Part shown: one piece after another, positions 1-12,460 of the stretch
Numbering within the stretch: the first letter of the stretch is position 1
Layout: every line of letters starts with the position of its first letter
NCBI RefSeq assembly: GCF_031769215.1
Contig: NW_026781973.1
Coordinates: forward strand, 372,001 to 436,000
Direction: 5' to 3'
DNA: 64,000 nt
From: Ylistrum balloti
Taxonomy: Eukaryota
The notes under the pieces: generated by a model
What the model saw: only the letters and a program-made list of their open reading frames with translations
Databases searched by the model: none
Told to the model about the DNA's origin: nothing
Translations under genes and position numbers: made by a program

Positions 1-144
1 AGTCCACAATATAATAGAAGCCAACACTTTTCCAATATTGCGACAGTTTTATCTATCAAAATTGATAAAAGATACATAAGTTACATATCATGATTAGTTT
101 TAGAGTTGTATTAAGCATGTACTGGTGTAGTAACACAAGCCCTG

Positions 145-483
145 TTACTCCTTCTTCATTGTAATTGTAATTCCGCTGAATATCCTTCCGCAAGCTTCAA
201 ACACGGGGCTGACCACGGCCTCTATGAATATTCTCCATATTTTGGCGTAAGGGATTATTTCTATGGCATAGCGTCTAATCATTGGCCGCACGTTCCATAC
301 AAAGCCACATGTCAGGCATGCGAAACTGATTCCCCAGCAGAACGCACACGGGATTGCGAAAATAGCAGTGAGAATCCGATAGCACCAAAACTTAGTTTTT
401 GTGAAAACAACAGAACTATTCACCCAAACACAGTCGATACTGTGGTAGCCGTCCGGTTCTGCGAACAAGTCATCAAACTCCAC
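145..483 (-). CDS. CAV: Caveolin A, terminal core exon (112 aa + stop)
   Basis: Acceptor ttttcag at 484-486, then VEFDDLFAEPDGYHSIDCVW...AIFAIPCAFCWGISFA...VWNVRP...PVFEACGRIFSGITITMKKE*. Matches the caveolin signature, scaffolding and intramembrane segments. Confidence 0.95.
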   Translation of the reverse strand: MEFDDLFAEPDGYHSIDCVWVNSSVVFTKTKFWCYRILTAIFAIPCAFCWGISFACLTCGFVWNVRPMIRRYAIEIIPYAKIWRIFIEAVVSPVFEACGRIFSGITITMKKE

Positions 484-522
484 CTGAAAAATAAAACATG
501 ATCGTAATAATTCTAACAATAA

Positions 523-2270
523 GATCCCAATCTTACAATGGATACACGCGTATTGTCACCAGTCAGTGGGTACACGCGTATTGTCACCAGTCAGTGGGTA
601 CACGCGTATTGTCACCTGTCAGTGGGTACACGCGTATTGTAACCAGTCAGTGGGTACATGCGTATTGATACAAGTCAGTGGGTACACGCGTATTGTCACC
701 AGCCAGTGCATACAGGAGTATTGTTACTTAAGGATTAACTGTAATACTTTTTTACATTATTGGGATCCCAATCTTACAATGGATACACGCGTATTGTCAC
801 CAGTCAGTGGGTACACGCGTATTGTCACCAGTCAGTGGGTACACGCGTATTGTCACCAGTCAGTGGGTACACGCGTCTTGTTACAAGTCAGTGGGTACAC
901 GAGTATTGTCACCAGTCAGTGGGTACACGCGTATTGTCACCAGTCAGTGGGTACACGCGTATTGTCACCAGTCAGTGGATACACGCGTATTGTCACCAGT
1001 CAGTGGATACACGCGTATTGTCACCAGCCAGTGGGTACACGCGTATTGTCACCAGCCAGTGCATACAGGAGTATTGTTACTTAAGGATTAACTGTAATAC
1101 TTTTTTACATTATTGAGATCCCAATCTTACAATGGATACACGCGTCTTGTCACCAGTCAGTGGGTACACGAGTATTGTCACCAGTCAGTGGGTACACGCG
1201 TATTGTCACCAGTCAGTGGGTACACGCGTATTGTCACCAGTCAGTGGGTACACGCGTATTGTCACCTGTCAGTGGGTACACGCGTATTGTAACCAGTCAG
1301 TGGGTACATGCGTATTGATACAAGTCAGTGGGTACACGCGTATTGTCACCAGCCAGTGCATACAGGAGTATTGTTACTTAAGGATTAACTGTAATACTTT
1401 TTTACATTATTGAGATCCCAATCTTACAATGGATACACGCGTCTTGTCATCAGTCAGTGGGTACACGAGTATTGTCACCAGTCAGTGGGTACACGCGTAT
1501 TGTCACCAGTCAGTGGGTACACGCGTATTGTCACCAGTCAGTGGGTACACGCGTATTGTCACCAGTCAGTGGGTACACGCGTATTGTCACCAGTCAGTGG
1601 GTACACGCGTATTGTTACAAGTCAGTGGGTATACGCGTATTGTCACCAGCCAGTGCATGCAGGAGTATTGTTACTTAAGGATTAACTGTAATACTTTTTT
1701 ACATTATTGAGATCCCAATCTTACAATGGATACACGCGTCTTGTCATCAGTCAGTGGGTACACGAGTATTGTCACCAGTCAGTGGGTACACGCGTATTGT
1801 CACCAGTCAGTGGGTACACGCGTATTGTCACCTGTCAGTGGGTACACGCGTATTGGCACCAGGCAGTTGGTACACGCGTATTGTCACCAGCCAGTGGGTA
1901 CACGCGTATTGTCACCAGTCAGTGGGTACACGCGTATTGTCACCAGTCAGTGAGTACACGCGTATTGTTACAAGTCAGTTGTTACACACGTATTGTCACC
2001 ACTCAGTGGGTACACGCGTATTGTTACCAGTCAGTGGGTACAGGCGTATTGTCACCAGTCAGTGGGTACATGCGTATTGTCACCAGTCAGTGGGAACACG
2101 CGTTTTGTTACAAGTCAGTGGGTACACGAGTATTGTTACAAGTCAGTGGGTACACGCGTATTGTCACCAGTCAGTGGGTACACGCGTATTTGTTACAAGT
2201 CAGTGGGTACACGCGTATTGTCACCAGCCAGTGCATGCAGGAGTATTGTTACTTAGGGATTAACTGTAAT
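523..2270. repeat. 28-bp minisatellite with higher-order structure (intron of caveolin A)
   Basis: Unit gtcagtgggtacacgcgtattgtcacca; a constant ~73-bp insert recurs at 523, 764, 1117, 1414 and 1711. Confidence 0.95.
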
Positions 2271-2906
2271 GCCTCAATAACGTAAAAGAAGTATTACAGT
2301 TAATCCTTGAAATTTAATTTTAAAAGATAAAAAAAATCTTACGTTAAATTTTCATTGTTTATTCCCTTCAAAACAAGTAACAATTCATTTCAAAACGGGG
2401 TAAACGTAGGCTAGTCTTGTTACCTCCCCTTGATCAATATTTGTTTACACTGTGAACTTCCGGTAGATGCGAAAGTACTTCCTTTTTTATTTTTTATGTT
2501 ATGAACTGATAACATGAAAACATATAGCCAATGAAAATGCTTGTTACTGGTGAAATTAAATTATATATCATTGGGTACACGCGTATTGTGAAATGTTAGT
2601 CGATACACGTGCATCGGTACGAGTCAGTGGGTACACGTGCATCGCTACGAGTCAGTGGGTACACGTGTATTGTCATATCGATTACTTGGACGATAGTTAC
2701 TCTTTAAAGTGACTACACGGGAAGTGGATACACTGAAATACAGGGAAGATAATTATGATATAGTTGAAATGTGAATTTATGCTCATGCAGTTTGCTAATT
2801 GCGTTTTAAAATCGTTTTTTGACCTCACGTGTTTAAAGAGTGTTATTTCAATGCATGTCTTGATCAATCTTCAATTTGTTAAGTCAATAGTGTTTTAATG
2901 GCTTAC

Positions 2907-3137
2907 CTTGACATCATCATTCATGTGTGTCGGGTCTCGGTCAGACAGGTCAATCTTGATGATACCGGGTTCGTTGCTGAACTTGGAAGCGCTGACTTGG
3001 GGTGTGTAGACATGGCTTGGAGTACCCGCTTTCGGAGGAGCCTGGCCCGGCGGTGCTTCGGGCTGTTGATGTTCCTGGTGAAGAGCGCTCTCGTTGAGCG
3101 GGATGTCGTCATATGTGATGTCATATGTGTTATCATA
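2907..3137 (-). CDS. CAV: Caveolin A, internal exon (77 aa) ending ...IDLSDRDPTHMNDDVK
   Basis: Acceptor ttgacag (3138-3140), open frame YDNTYDITYDDIPLNES...KIDLSDRDPTHMNDDVK, donor aag|gtaag at 2906. Phase 0 matches the core exon at 483. This frame is absent from the ORF track. Confidence 0.9.
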
Positions 3138-3261
3138 CTGTCAATAGCCAAAATTATAAATTATTACAAGCAGCCAATTCATTAGATTAATTTGTGTAGT
3201 TGTTTTAATTCAAATAATCACACGCATATTTTTAATGTAGCACAGACTCATACACCCCCAG

Positions 3262-6200
3262 CCAGGTAACATACAATGGTATCACCTATCGAAATTTCCT
3301 ATCCACATGTCTAGGTTACATACAATGGTATCACCTATCGAGATTTCCTATCCCCTGTCTAGGTTACATACAATGGTATCACCTATCGAGATTTCCTATC
3401 CCCTGTCTAGGTTACATACAATGGTATCACCTATCGAGATTTCCTACCCACCTGTTTAGGTTACATACAATGGTATCACCTATCGAGATTTCCTATCCCC
3501 TGTCTAGGTTACATACAATGGTATCACCTATCGAGATTTCCTATCCACCTGTCTAGGTTACATACAATGGTATCACCTATCGAGATTTCCTATCCCCTGT
3601 CTAGGTTACATACAATGGTATCACCTATCGAGATTTCCTATCCACCTGTCTAGGTTACATACAATGGTATCACCTATCGAGATTTCCTATCCACATGTCT
3701 AGGTTACATACAATGGTATCACCTATCGAGATTTCCTATCCACCTGTCTAGGTTACATACAATGGTATCACCTATCGAGATTTCCCCTGTCTAGGTTACA
3801 TACAATGGTATCACCTATCGAGATTTCCTATCCACCTGTCTAGGTTACATACAATGGTATCACCTATCGAGATTTCCTATCCTATGGTATCAGCTATCGA
3901 GATTTCCCCTGTCTAGGTTACATACAATGGTATCACCTATCGAGATTTCCTATCCCCTGTCTAGGTTACATACAATGGTATCACCTATCGAGATTTCCTA
4001 TCCCCTGTCTAGGTTACATACAATGGTATCACCTATCGAGATTTCCTATCCCCTGTCTAGGTTACATACAATGGTATCACCTATCGAGATTTCCTATTAC
4101 ATACCTCCCCTGTCTAGGTTACATACAATGGTATCACCTATCGAGATTTCGTATGTCCTGTCTAGGTTTGTTACAATGGTATCACCTATCGAGATTTCCT
4201 ATCCCCTGTCTAGGTTACATACAATGGTATCACCTATCGAGATTTCCTATCCCCTGTCTAGGTTACATACAATGGTATCACCTATCGAGATTTCCGATCC
4301 CCTGTCTAGGTTACATACAATGGTATCACCTATCGAGGATGGTATCCTCGAGATCCCCTGTCTAGGTTACATACAATGGTATCACCTATCGAGATTTCCT
4401 ATCCCCTGTCTAGGTTACATACAATGGTATCACCTATCGAGATTTCCTATCCCCTGTCTAGGTTACATACAATGGTATCACCTATCGAGATTTCCTATCC
4501 CCTGTTTAGGTTACATACAATGGTATCACCTATCGAGATTTCCTATCCACCTGTCTAGGTTACATACAATGGTATCACCTATCGAGATTTCCTATCCCCT
4601 GTCTAGGTTACATACAATGGTATCACCTATCGAGATTTCCTATCCCCTGTATAGGTTACATACAATGGTATCACCTATCGAGATTTCCTATCCCCTGTCT
4701 AGGTTACATACAATGGTATCACCTATCGAGATTTCCTATCCCCTGTCTAGGTTACATACAATGGTATCACCTATCGAGATTTCCTATCCCCTGTCTAGGT
4801 TACATACAATGGTATCACCTATCGAGATTTCCCCTGTCTAGGTTACATGCAATGGTATCACCTATCGAGATTTCCCCTGTCTAGGTTACATACAATGGTA
4901 TCACCTATCGAGATTTCCTATCCCCTGTCTAGGTTACATACAATGGTATCACCTATCGAGATTTCCTATCCCCTGTCTAGGTTACATACAATGGTATCAC
5001 CTATCGAGATTTCCTATCCCCTGTCTAGGTTACATACAATGGTATCACCTATCGAGATTTCCTATCCCCTGTCTAGGTTACATACAATGGTATCACCTAT
5101 CGAGATTTCCTACCCACCTGTTTAGGTTACATACAATGGTATCACCTATCCAGATTTCCTACCCACCTGTTTAGGTTACATACAATGGTATCACCTATCG
5201 AGATTTCCTACCCACCTGTTTAGGTTACATACAATGGTATCACCTATCGAGATTTCCCCTGTCTAGGTTACATACAATGGTATCACCTATCGAGATTTCC
5301 CCTGTCTAGGTTACATACAATGGTATCACCTATCCAGATTTCCTATCCCCTGTCTAGGTTACATACAATGGTATCACCTATCGAGATTTCCTATCCCCTG
5401 TCTAGGTTACATACAATGGTATCACCTATCGAGATTTCCTATCCCCTGTCTAGGTTACATACAATGGTATCACCTATCGAGATTTCCTATCCCCTGTCTA
5501 GGTTACATACAATGGTATCACCTATCGAGATTTCCTATCCCCTGTCTAGGTTACATACAATGGTATCACCTATCGAGATTTCCTATCCCCTGTCTAGGTT
5601 ACATACAATGGTATCACCTATCGAGATTTCCTATCCCCTGTCTAGGTTACATACAATGGTATCACCTATCGAGATTTCCTATCCACCTGTCTAGGTTACA
5701 TACAATGGTATCACCTATCGAGATTTCCTATCCACCTGTCTAGGTTACATACAATGGTATCACCTATCGAGATTTCCCCTGTCTAGGTTACATACAATGG
5801 TATCACCTATCGAGATTTCCTATCCACCTGTCTAGGTTACATACAATGGTATCACCTATCGAGATTTCCTATCCCCTGTCTAGGTTACATACAATGGTAT
5901 CACCTATCGAGATTTCCCCTGTCTAGGTTACATACAATGGTATCACCTATCGAGATTTCCTATCCCCTGTCTAGGTTACATACAATGGTATCACCTATCG
6001 AGATTTCCTATCCCCTGTCTAGGTTACATACAATGGTATCACCTATCGAGATTTCCTATCCCCTGTCTAGGTTACATACAATGGTATCACCTATCGAGAT
6101 TTCCTATCCCCTGTTTAGGTTACATACAATGGTATCACCTATCGAGATTTCCCCTGTCTAGGTTACATACAATGGTATCACCTATCGAGATTTCCTATCC

Positions 6201-7630
6201 CCTGTCTAGGTTACATACAATGGTATCACCTATCGAGATTTCCGATCCCCTGTCTAGGTTACATACAATGGTATCACCTATCGAGATTTCCTATCACCTG
6301 TCTAGGTTACATACAATGGTATCACCTATCGAGATTTCCTATCACCTGTCTAGGTTACATACAATGGTATCACCTATCGAGATTTCCTATACCACCTGTC
6401 TAGGTTACATACAATGGTATCACCTATCGAGATTTCCTATCCCCTGTCTAGGTTACATACAATGGTATCACCTATCGAGATTTTTCCCCCTAGGTTACAT
6501 ACCACCTGATTTCCCCTGTCTAGGTTACATACAATGGTATCACCTATCGAGATTTCCTATCCCCTGTCTAGGTTACATACAATGGTATCACCTATCGAGA
6601 TTTCCTATCCCCTGTCTAGGTTACATACAATGGTATCACCTATCGAGATTTCCTAGGTTACATACAATGGTATCCCACCCTGTGTCTAGGTTACATACAA
6701 TGGTATCACCTATCGAGATTTCCTATCCCCTGTCTAGGTTACATACAATGGTATCACCTATCGAGATTTCCCCTGTCTAGGTTACATACAATGGTATCAC
6801 CTATCGAGATTTCCTATCCCCTGTCTAGGTTACATACAATGGTATCACCTATCGAGATTTCCTATCCCCTGTCTAGGTTACATACAATGGTATCACCTAT
6901 CGAGATTTCCTATCCCCTGTCTAGGTTACATACAATGGTATCACCTATCGAGATTTCCTATCCCCTGTCTAGGTTACATACAATGGTATCACCTATCGAG
7001 ATTTCCTATCCACCTGTCTAGGTTACATACAATGGTATCACCTATCGAGATTTCCTATCCCCTGTCTAGGTTACATACAATGGTATCACCTATCGAGATT
7101 TCCTATCCCCTGTCTAGGTTACATACAATGGTATCACCTATCGAGATTTCCTATCCCCTGTCTAGGTTACATACAATGGTATCACCTATCGAGATTTCCT
7201 ATCCCCTGTCTAGGTTACATACAATGGTATCACCTATCGAGATTTCCCCTGTCTAGGTTACATACAATGGTATCACCTATCGAGATTTCCCCTGTCTAGG
7301 GTATATATGACCTGTCGAGATTTCCCCTCTCTAGGTTATATATGACCTTTCGAGATTTCCCCTGTCTAGGGTATATATATATGACCTGTCGAGATTTCCC
7401 CTGTCTATGTTATATATGACCTGTCGAGATTTCCCCTGTCTATGTTATATATGACCTGTCGAGATTTCTCCTGTCCCGTCTATGTCATATAAGACCTTTC
7501 TAGATTTTCCCTGTCTATGTTCTATATGACCTGTCGAGATTTCCCGTCTATGTTAGATAAGACCTTTCGAAATTTTCCCTGTCTACGTTATATAAGACCT
7601 GTTGAGATTTCCCCTGTCTAGGTTATATAT
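3262..7630. repeat. 48-bp minisatellite (~4 kb) with 43-bp variants and a degenerate ~36-bp tail
   Basis: Unit atggtatcacctatcgagatttcctatcccctgtctaggttacataca; diverged tatatgacctgtcgagatttcccctgtcta units from ~7300. Confidence 0.95.
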
Positions 7631-8199
7631 GGTCCACCGTCTCTTTTGATAAAATCTGGCTTTAGTCTCACATTAACCTAATAAACGCCTGGGAAACATG
7701 AAATTTAAAACGTTTACACAGGAAAATGGCAAGATGGAAAAACCGAATGCAATCAAGAAAAAAATACGACAAGTTTGAAGTCGACCGTTTGAGAAAACAT
7801 AACGAAGGCACCATGGTTGTTGTTTTTATATGTAAAGTAACGCAGCATATTTCATAAGACACATATACATATGTACACAGGTGGCATGCCCTATTTTATT
7901 ATTTTGCGGTGAAACAATCCATAGTAGGGATCCCCTATTGTCAAACTAAACCTGTTTACTTCTATTGAACGTTTCATTCTACTTCAACATGTCATTTGAT
8001 ATATGCAGGTCGATTGTTAGACAATAGTTAGGACTATAAACACATCTGTTTACCGTAAATACTACTATTTAATTCAGTTAGATTTTACTTTGACGGTAGT
8101 TTTAATAACACACTGTTTATCAGACGATAGAGAAAATTTTAAAATGTGACCAGTTCTCGCTAAGAAAGTCAACGAGTTTCGCAAGGTTGAATTCATGTA

Positions 8200-9395
8200 G
8201 TGGTACCAATTGTACCACCAGTAATGAACTGTTACTTCCTGGTGTCCTGTACTGAGTATGTTACAGATTGTACCACCAGTAATGAACTGTTAGTTCCTGG
8301 TGTCCTGTACTGAGTATGTTACAGATTGTACCAACAGTAATGAACTGTTAGTTCCTGGTGTCCTGTACTGAGTATGTTACATATTGTACCAACAGTAATG
8401 AACTGTTACTTCCTGGTGTCCTGTACTGAGTATGTTACTGATTGTACCACCAGTAATGAACTGTTAGTTCCTGGTGTCCTGTACTGAGTATGTTACAGAT
8501 TGTACCAACAGTAATGAACTGTTAGTTCCTGGTGTCCTGTACTGAGTATGTTACAGATTGTACCACCAGTAATGAACTGTTAGATCCTGGTTTCTTGTAC
8601 TGAGTATGTTACATATTGTACCACCAGTAATGAACTTTTAGTTCCTGGTGTCCTGTACTGAGTATGTTACAGATTGTACCACCAGTAATGAACTGTTACT
8701 TCCTGGTGTCCTGTACTGAGTATGTTACATATTGTACCAACAGTAATGAACTGTTAGTTCCTGGTGTCCTGTACTGAATATGTTACATATTGTACCACCA
8801 GTAATGAACTGTTAGTTCCTGGTGTCCTGTACTGAGTATGTTACAGATTGTACCACCAGTAATGAACTGTTACTTCCTGGTGTCCTGTACTGAGTATGTT
8901 ACATATTGTACCACCAGTAATGAACTGTTAGTTCCTGGTGTCCTGTACTGAGTATGTTACAGATTGTACCACCAGTAATGAACTGTTACTTCCTGGTGTC
9001 CTGTACTGAGTATGTTACAGATTGTACCACCAGTAATAAACTGTTAGTTCCTGGTTTCTTGTACTGAGTATGTTACAGATTGTACCACCAGTAATGAACT
9101 GTTAGTTGCTGGTTTCTTGTACTGAGTATGTTACAGATTGTACCACTAGTAATGAACTGTTAGTTGCTGGTTTCTTGTACTGAGTATGTTACAGATTGTA
9201 CCACCAGTAATGAACTGTTAGTTCCTGGTTTCTTGTACTGAGTATGTTACAGATTGTACCACCAGTAATGAACTGTTACTTCCTGGTGTCCTGTACTGAG
9301 TATGTTACAGATTGTACCACCAGTAATGAACTGTTACTTCCTGGTGTCCTGTACTGAGTATGTTACATATTGTACCATCAGTAATGAACTGTTCT
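8200..9395. repeat. 58-bp minisatellite, ~20 copies
   Basis: Unit gtaatgaactgttacttcctggtgtcctgtactgagtatgttacagattgtaccacca; starts at 8221 and 8279. Confidence 0.95.
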
Positions 9396-9529
9396 CGTTT
9401 TCTTGTTCCCAGTAAAGCATTCTAAACACGTGATTAAGGTTGGCAATAACAACTTCTATTATAACGCTTTATGTAACTAAACCCAATAACCACGTTATGC
9501 ACGTGTTTTATGATTGACAGCGAACATAC

Positions 9530-9757
9530 CTTGGAAGTCCTGACGGATAGGGTTGCAGGTGGCGTTGTTCTGTGAACTTCCGGTACGTTTGTCTCCTTAC
9601 GATGTGACGATTTCGAGGCGTTTGAATTTGCTGATGTTATTGACGATGACCTTGATGGTGGATTGCTTGACTGTTGCGTTTGGCCTTGACCTCCATCTCC
9701 ATCTGCAATGGAATTCTTTTCTTCTTCATCACTTCGCTGTGGACTAACATCGGCCAT
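9530..9757 (-). CDS. Putative first coding exon of caveolin A (76 aa, Ser-rich)
   Basis: aacaagATGG with an in-frame TAA 15 nt upstream; MADVSPQRSDEEEK...SVRTSK then donor aag|gtatgt at 9529. Phase 0 is compatible with the 3137 exon; the join is inferred. Confidence 0.6.
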
Positions 9758-10214
9758 CTTGTTGGGTTCTTATTATTCCTGGTTTTCCCTGATGAGGATG
9801 AATCACAACTCAGAAATCAAAAGAAACTGCAACACCTGCAGCATTGGGCTTTGTCTGTATACGTAGGACAGTGAGAGACGACTACAAGTGGTGTGGACAG
9901 TGAGAGATGACTACAGTGTACTGTCTATCGGGGAGCGGTGTTAGAAAGATGGTGGACTTCATCCCTTGTCAGATGCACTGTAAATATACATGACATTGTA
10001 TGTAAGCACAGACGTGTATCCTGATTATACAGAAACATTGTACACTAAGACTGTGCCTGCTTGAGATATCCCGTGTGATAACACGACTCCTTAACATAGA
10101 TAGTACACGATAACCGTCCACCCAGCGTCCAGTACCTAACCTCGCATGCCTTTAGTATTTATATTGGTTTTCTATTTCATCACTTATGTCTGTATCGAAA
10201 ATAAATAGTTACTG

Positions 10215-12460
10215 GTTAGTACGGAGTGTACTGGAGGTAAAGTTTGTGTGTACGATTTGTATAGGAGGTAAAGAATGTGAGTACGGAGTGTACAGGAGGT
10301 AAAGTTTGTGTGTACGATTTGTATAGGAGGTAAAGAATGTGTGTACGGAGTGTACAGGAGGTAAAGTTTGTGTGTACGATTTGTATAGGAGGTAAAGAAT
10401 GTGAGTACGGAGTGTACAGGAGGTAAAGTTTGTGTGTACGATTTGTATAGGAGGTAAAGAACGTAGTGTACTGGAGGTAAAGTTTGTGTGTACGGAGTGT
10501 ACAGGAGGTAAAGTTTGTGTGTACGATTTGTATAGGAGGTAAAGAATGTGAGTACGGAGTGTACTGGAGGTAAAGTTTGTGTGTACGGAGTGTACTGGAG
10601 GTAAAGTTTGTGTGTACGATTTGTATAGGAGGTAAAGAATGTGAGTACGGAGTGTACAGGAGGTAAAGTTTGTGTGTACGATTTGTATAGGAGGTAAAGA
10701 ATGTGAGTACGGAGTGTACAGGAGGTAAAGTTTGTGTGTACGATTTGTATAGGAGGTAAAGAATGTGAGTACGGAGTGTACTGGAGGTAAAGTTTGTGTG
10801 TACGGAGTGTACTGGAGGTAAAGTTTGTGTGTACGATTTGTATAGGACATGCGGAGTGCACTGGAGGTAAAGTTTGTGTGTACCGCATGCACTGGAGGTA
10901 AAGTTTGTGTGTACCGCATGCACTGGAGGTAAAGTTTTGTGTACCGCATGCACTGGAGGTAAAGTTTGTGTGTACCGCATGCACTGGAGGTAAAGTTTGT
11001 GTGTACGATTTGTATAGGAGGTAAAGAATGTGAGTACGGAGTGTACAGGAGGTGAAGTTTGTGTGTGGTGAAAGTTTATGTGGAAGTCGGTGTTGTGTTC
11101 TGAAGGTAAAGTTATCTATGTATAAATTGTGTACTGGACGTTAAGTTTGCCAGTGTGAGCCGCATGCACTGGAGGTAAAGTTTGTGTGTACCGCATGCAC
11201 TGGAGGTAAAGTTTGTGTGTAGTTTGTGTGTACCGCATGGTAAAGTTTGTGTGTACGGCGTGTGCACTGGAGGTAAAGTTTGTGTGTACGGCGTGCACTG
11301 GAGGTAAAGTCTGTGTGTTGTGTACTGGAGGTAAAGTTTTGTGTACCGCATGCACTGGAGGTAAAGTTTGTGTGTGCCGCATGCACTGGAGGTAAAGTTT
11401 GTGTGTGCCGCATGCACTGGAGGTAAAGTTTGTGTGTACGGTGGGTATTGGAGGTTTGTATGAAAGTCGTGTACAGGAGGTAAAGTTTGTGTGAACGGCA
11501 AAGATTTGAGGTAAAGTTAGCATGTAAGGCATGTACTGAAGGTAATGCACTGGAGGTAAATTTTGGCTGTGTGTACGGCGTGTGCATGAGGTAAAGTCTG
11601 TGTGTACGGCGTGTGCATGAGGTAAAGTTTTTCTGTGTGTACGGCGTGTGCATGAGGTAAAGTATGTGTGTACGGCGTGTGCATGAGGTAAAGTTTGTGT
11701 GTTCGGCGTGTACAGGAGGTAAAGTTTGTCTGTGTGTACGGCGTGTACAGGAGGTAAAGTTTGTCTGTGTGTACGGCGTGTACAGGAGGTAAAGTTTGTG
11801 TGTACGGCGTGTGCAGGAGGTAAAGTTTGTGTGTACGGCGTGTGCATGAGGTAAAGTTTGTGTGTACGGCGTGTGCATGAGGTAAAGTTTGTGTGTACGG
11901 CGTGTACAGGAGGTAAAGTTTGTGTGTACGGCGTGTACAGGAGGTAAAGTTTGTCTGTGTGTACGGCGTGTACAGGAGGTAAAGTTTGTCTGTGTGTACG
12001 GCGTGTACAGGAGGTAAAGTTTGTCTGTGTGTACGGCGTGTGCATGAGGTAAAGTTTGTCTGTGTGTACGGCGTGTGCATGAGGTAAAGTATGTGTGTAC
12101 GGCGTGTGCATGAGGTAAAGTTTGTGTGTTCGGCGTGTACAGGAGGTAAAGTTTGTCTGTGTGTACGGCGTGTACAGGAGGTAAAGTTTGTGTGTACGGC
12201 GTGTACAGGAGGTAAAGTTTGTCTGTGTGTACGGCGTGTACAGGAGGTAAAGTTTTTCTGTGTGTACGGCGTGTACAGGAGGTAAAGTTTGTGTGTACGG
12301 CGTGTACAGGAGGTAAAGTTTGTCTTTGTGTACGGCGTGTACAGGAAGTAAAGTTTGTCTGTGTGTACGGCGTGTACAGGAGGTAAAGTTTGTCTGTGTG
12401 TACGGCATGCACAGGAAGTAAAGTTTGTCTGTATGTACGACATGTAAGGAGGTAACTGTT
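10215..12460. repeat. 31/35-bp minisatellite family with a 62-bp dimer subdomain
   Basis: Core ggaggtaaagtttgtgtgtac in every unit; dimer period 62 (10221 to 10283). Confidence 0.93.

Noticed and set aside
523-2270. CRISPR-like repeat/spacer appearance
   Set aside because: The 'spacers' are identical, the repeats are contiguous, there are no cas genes, and the context is a eukaryotic intron.
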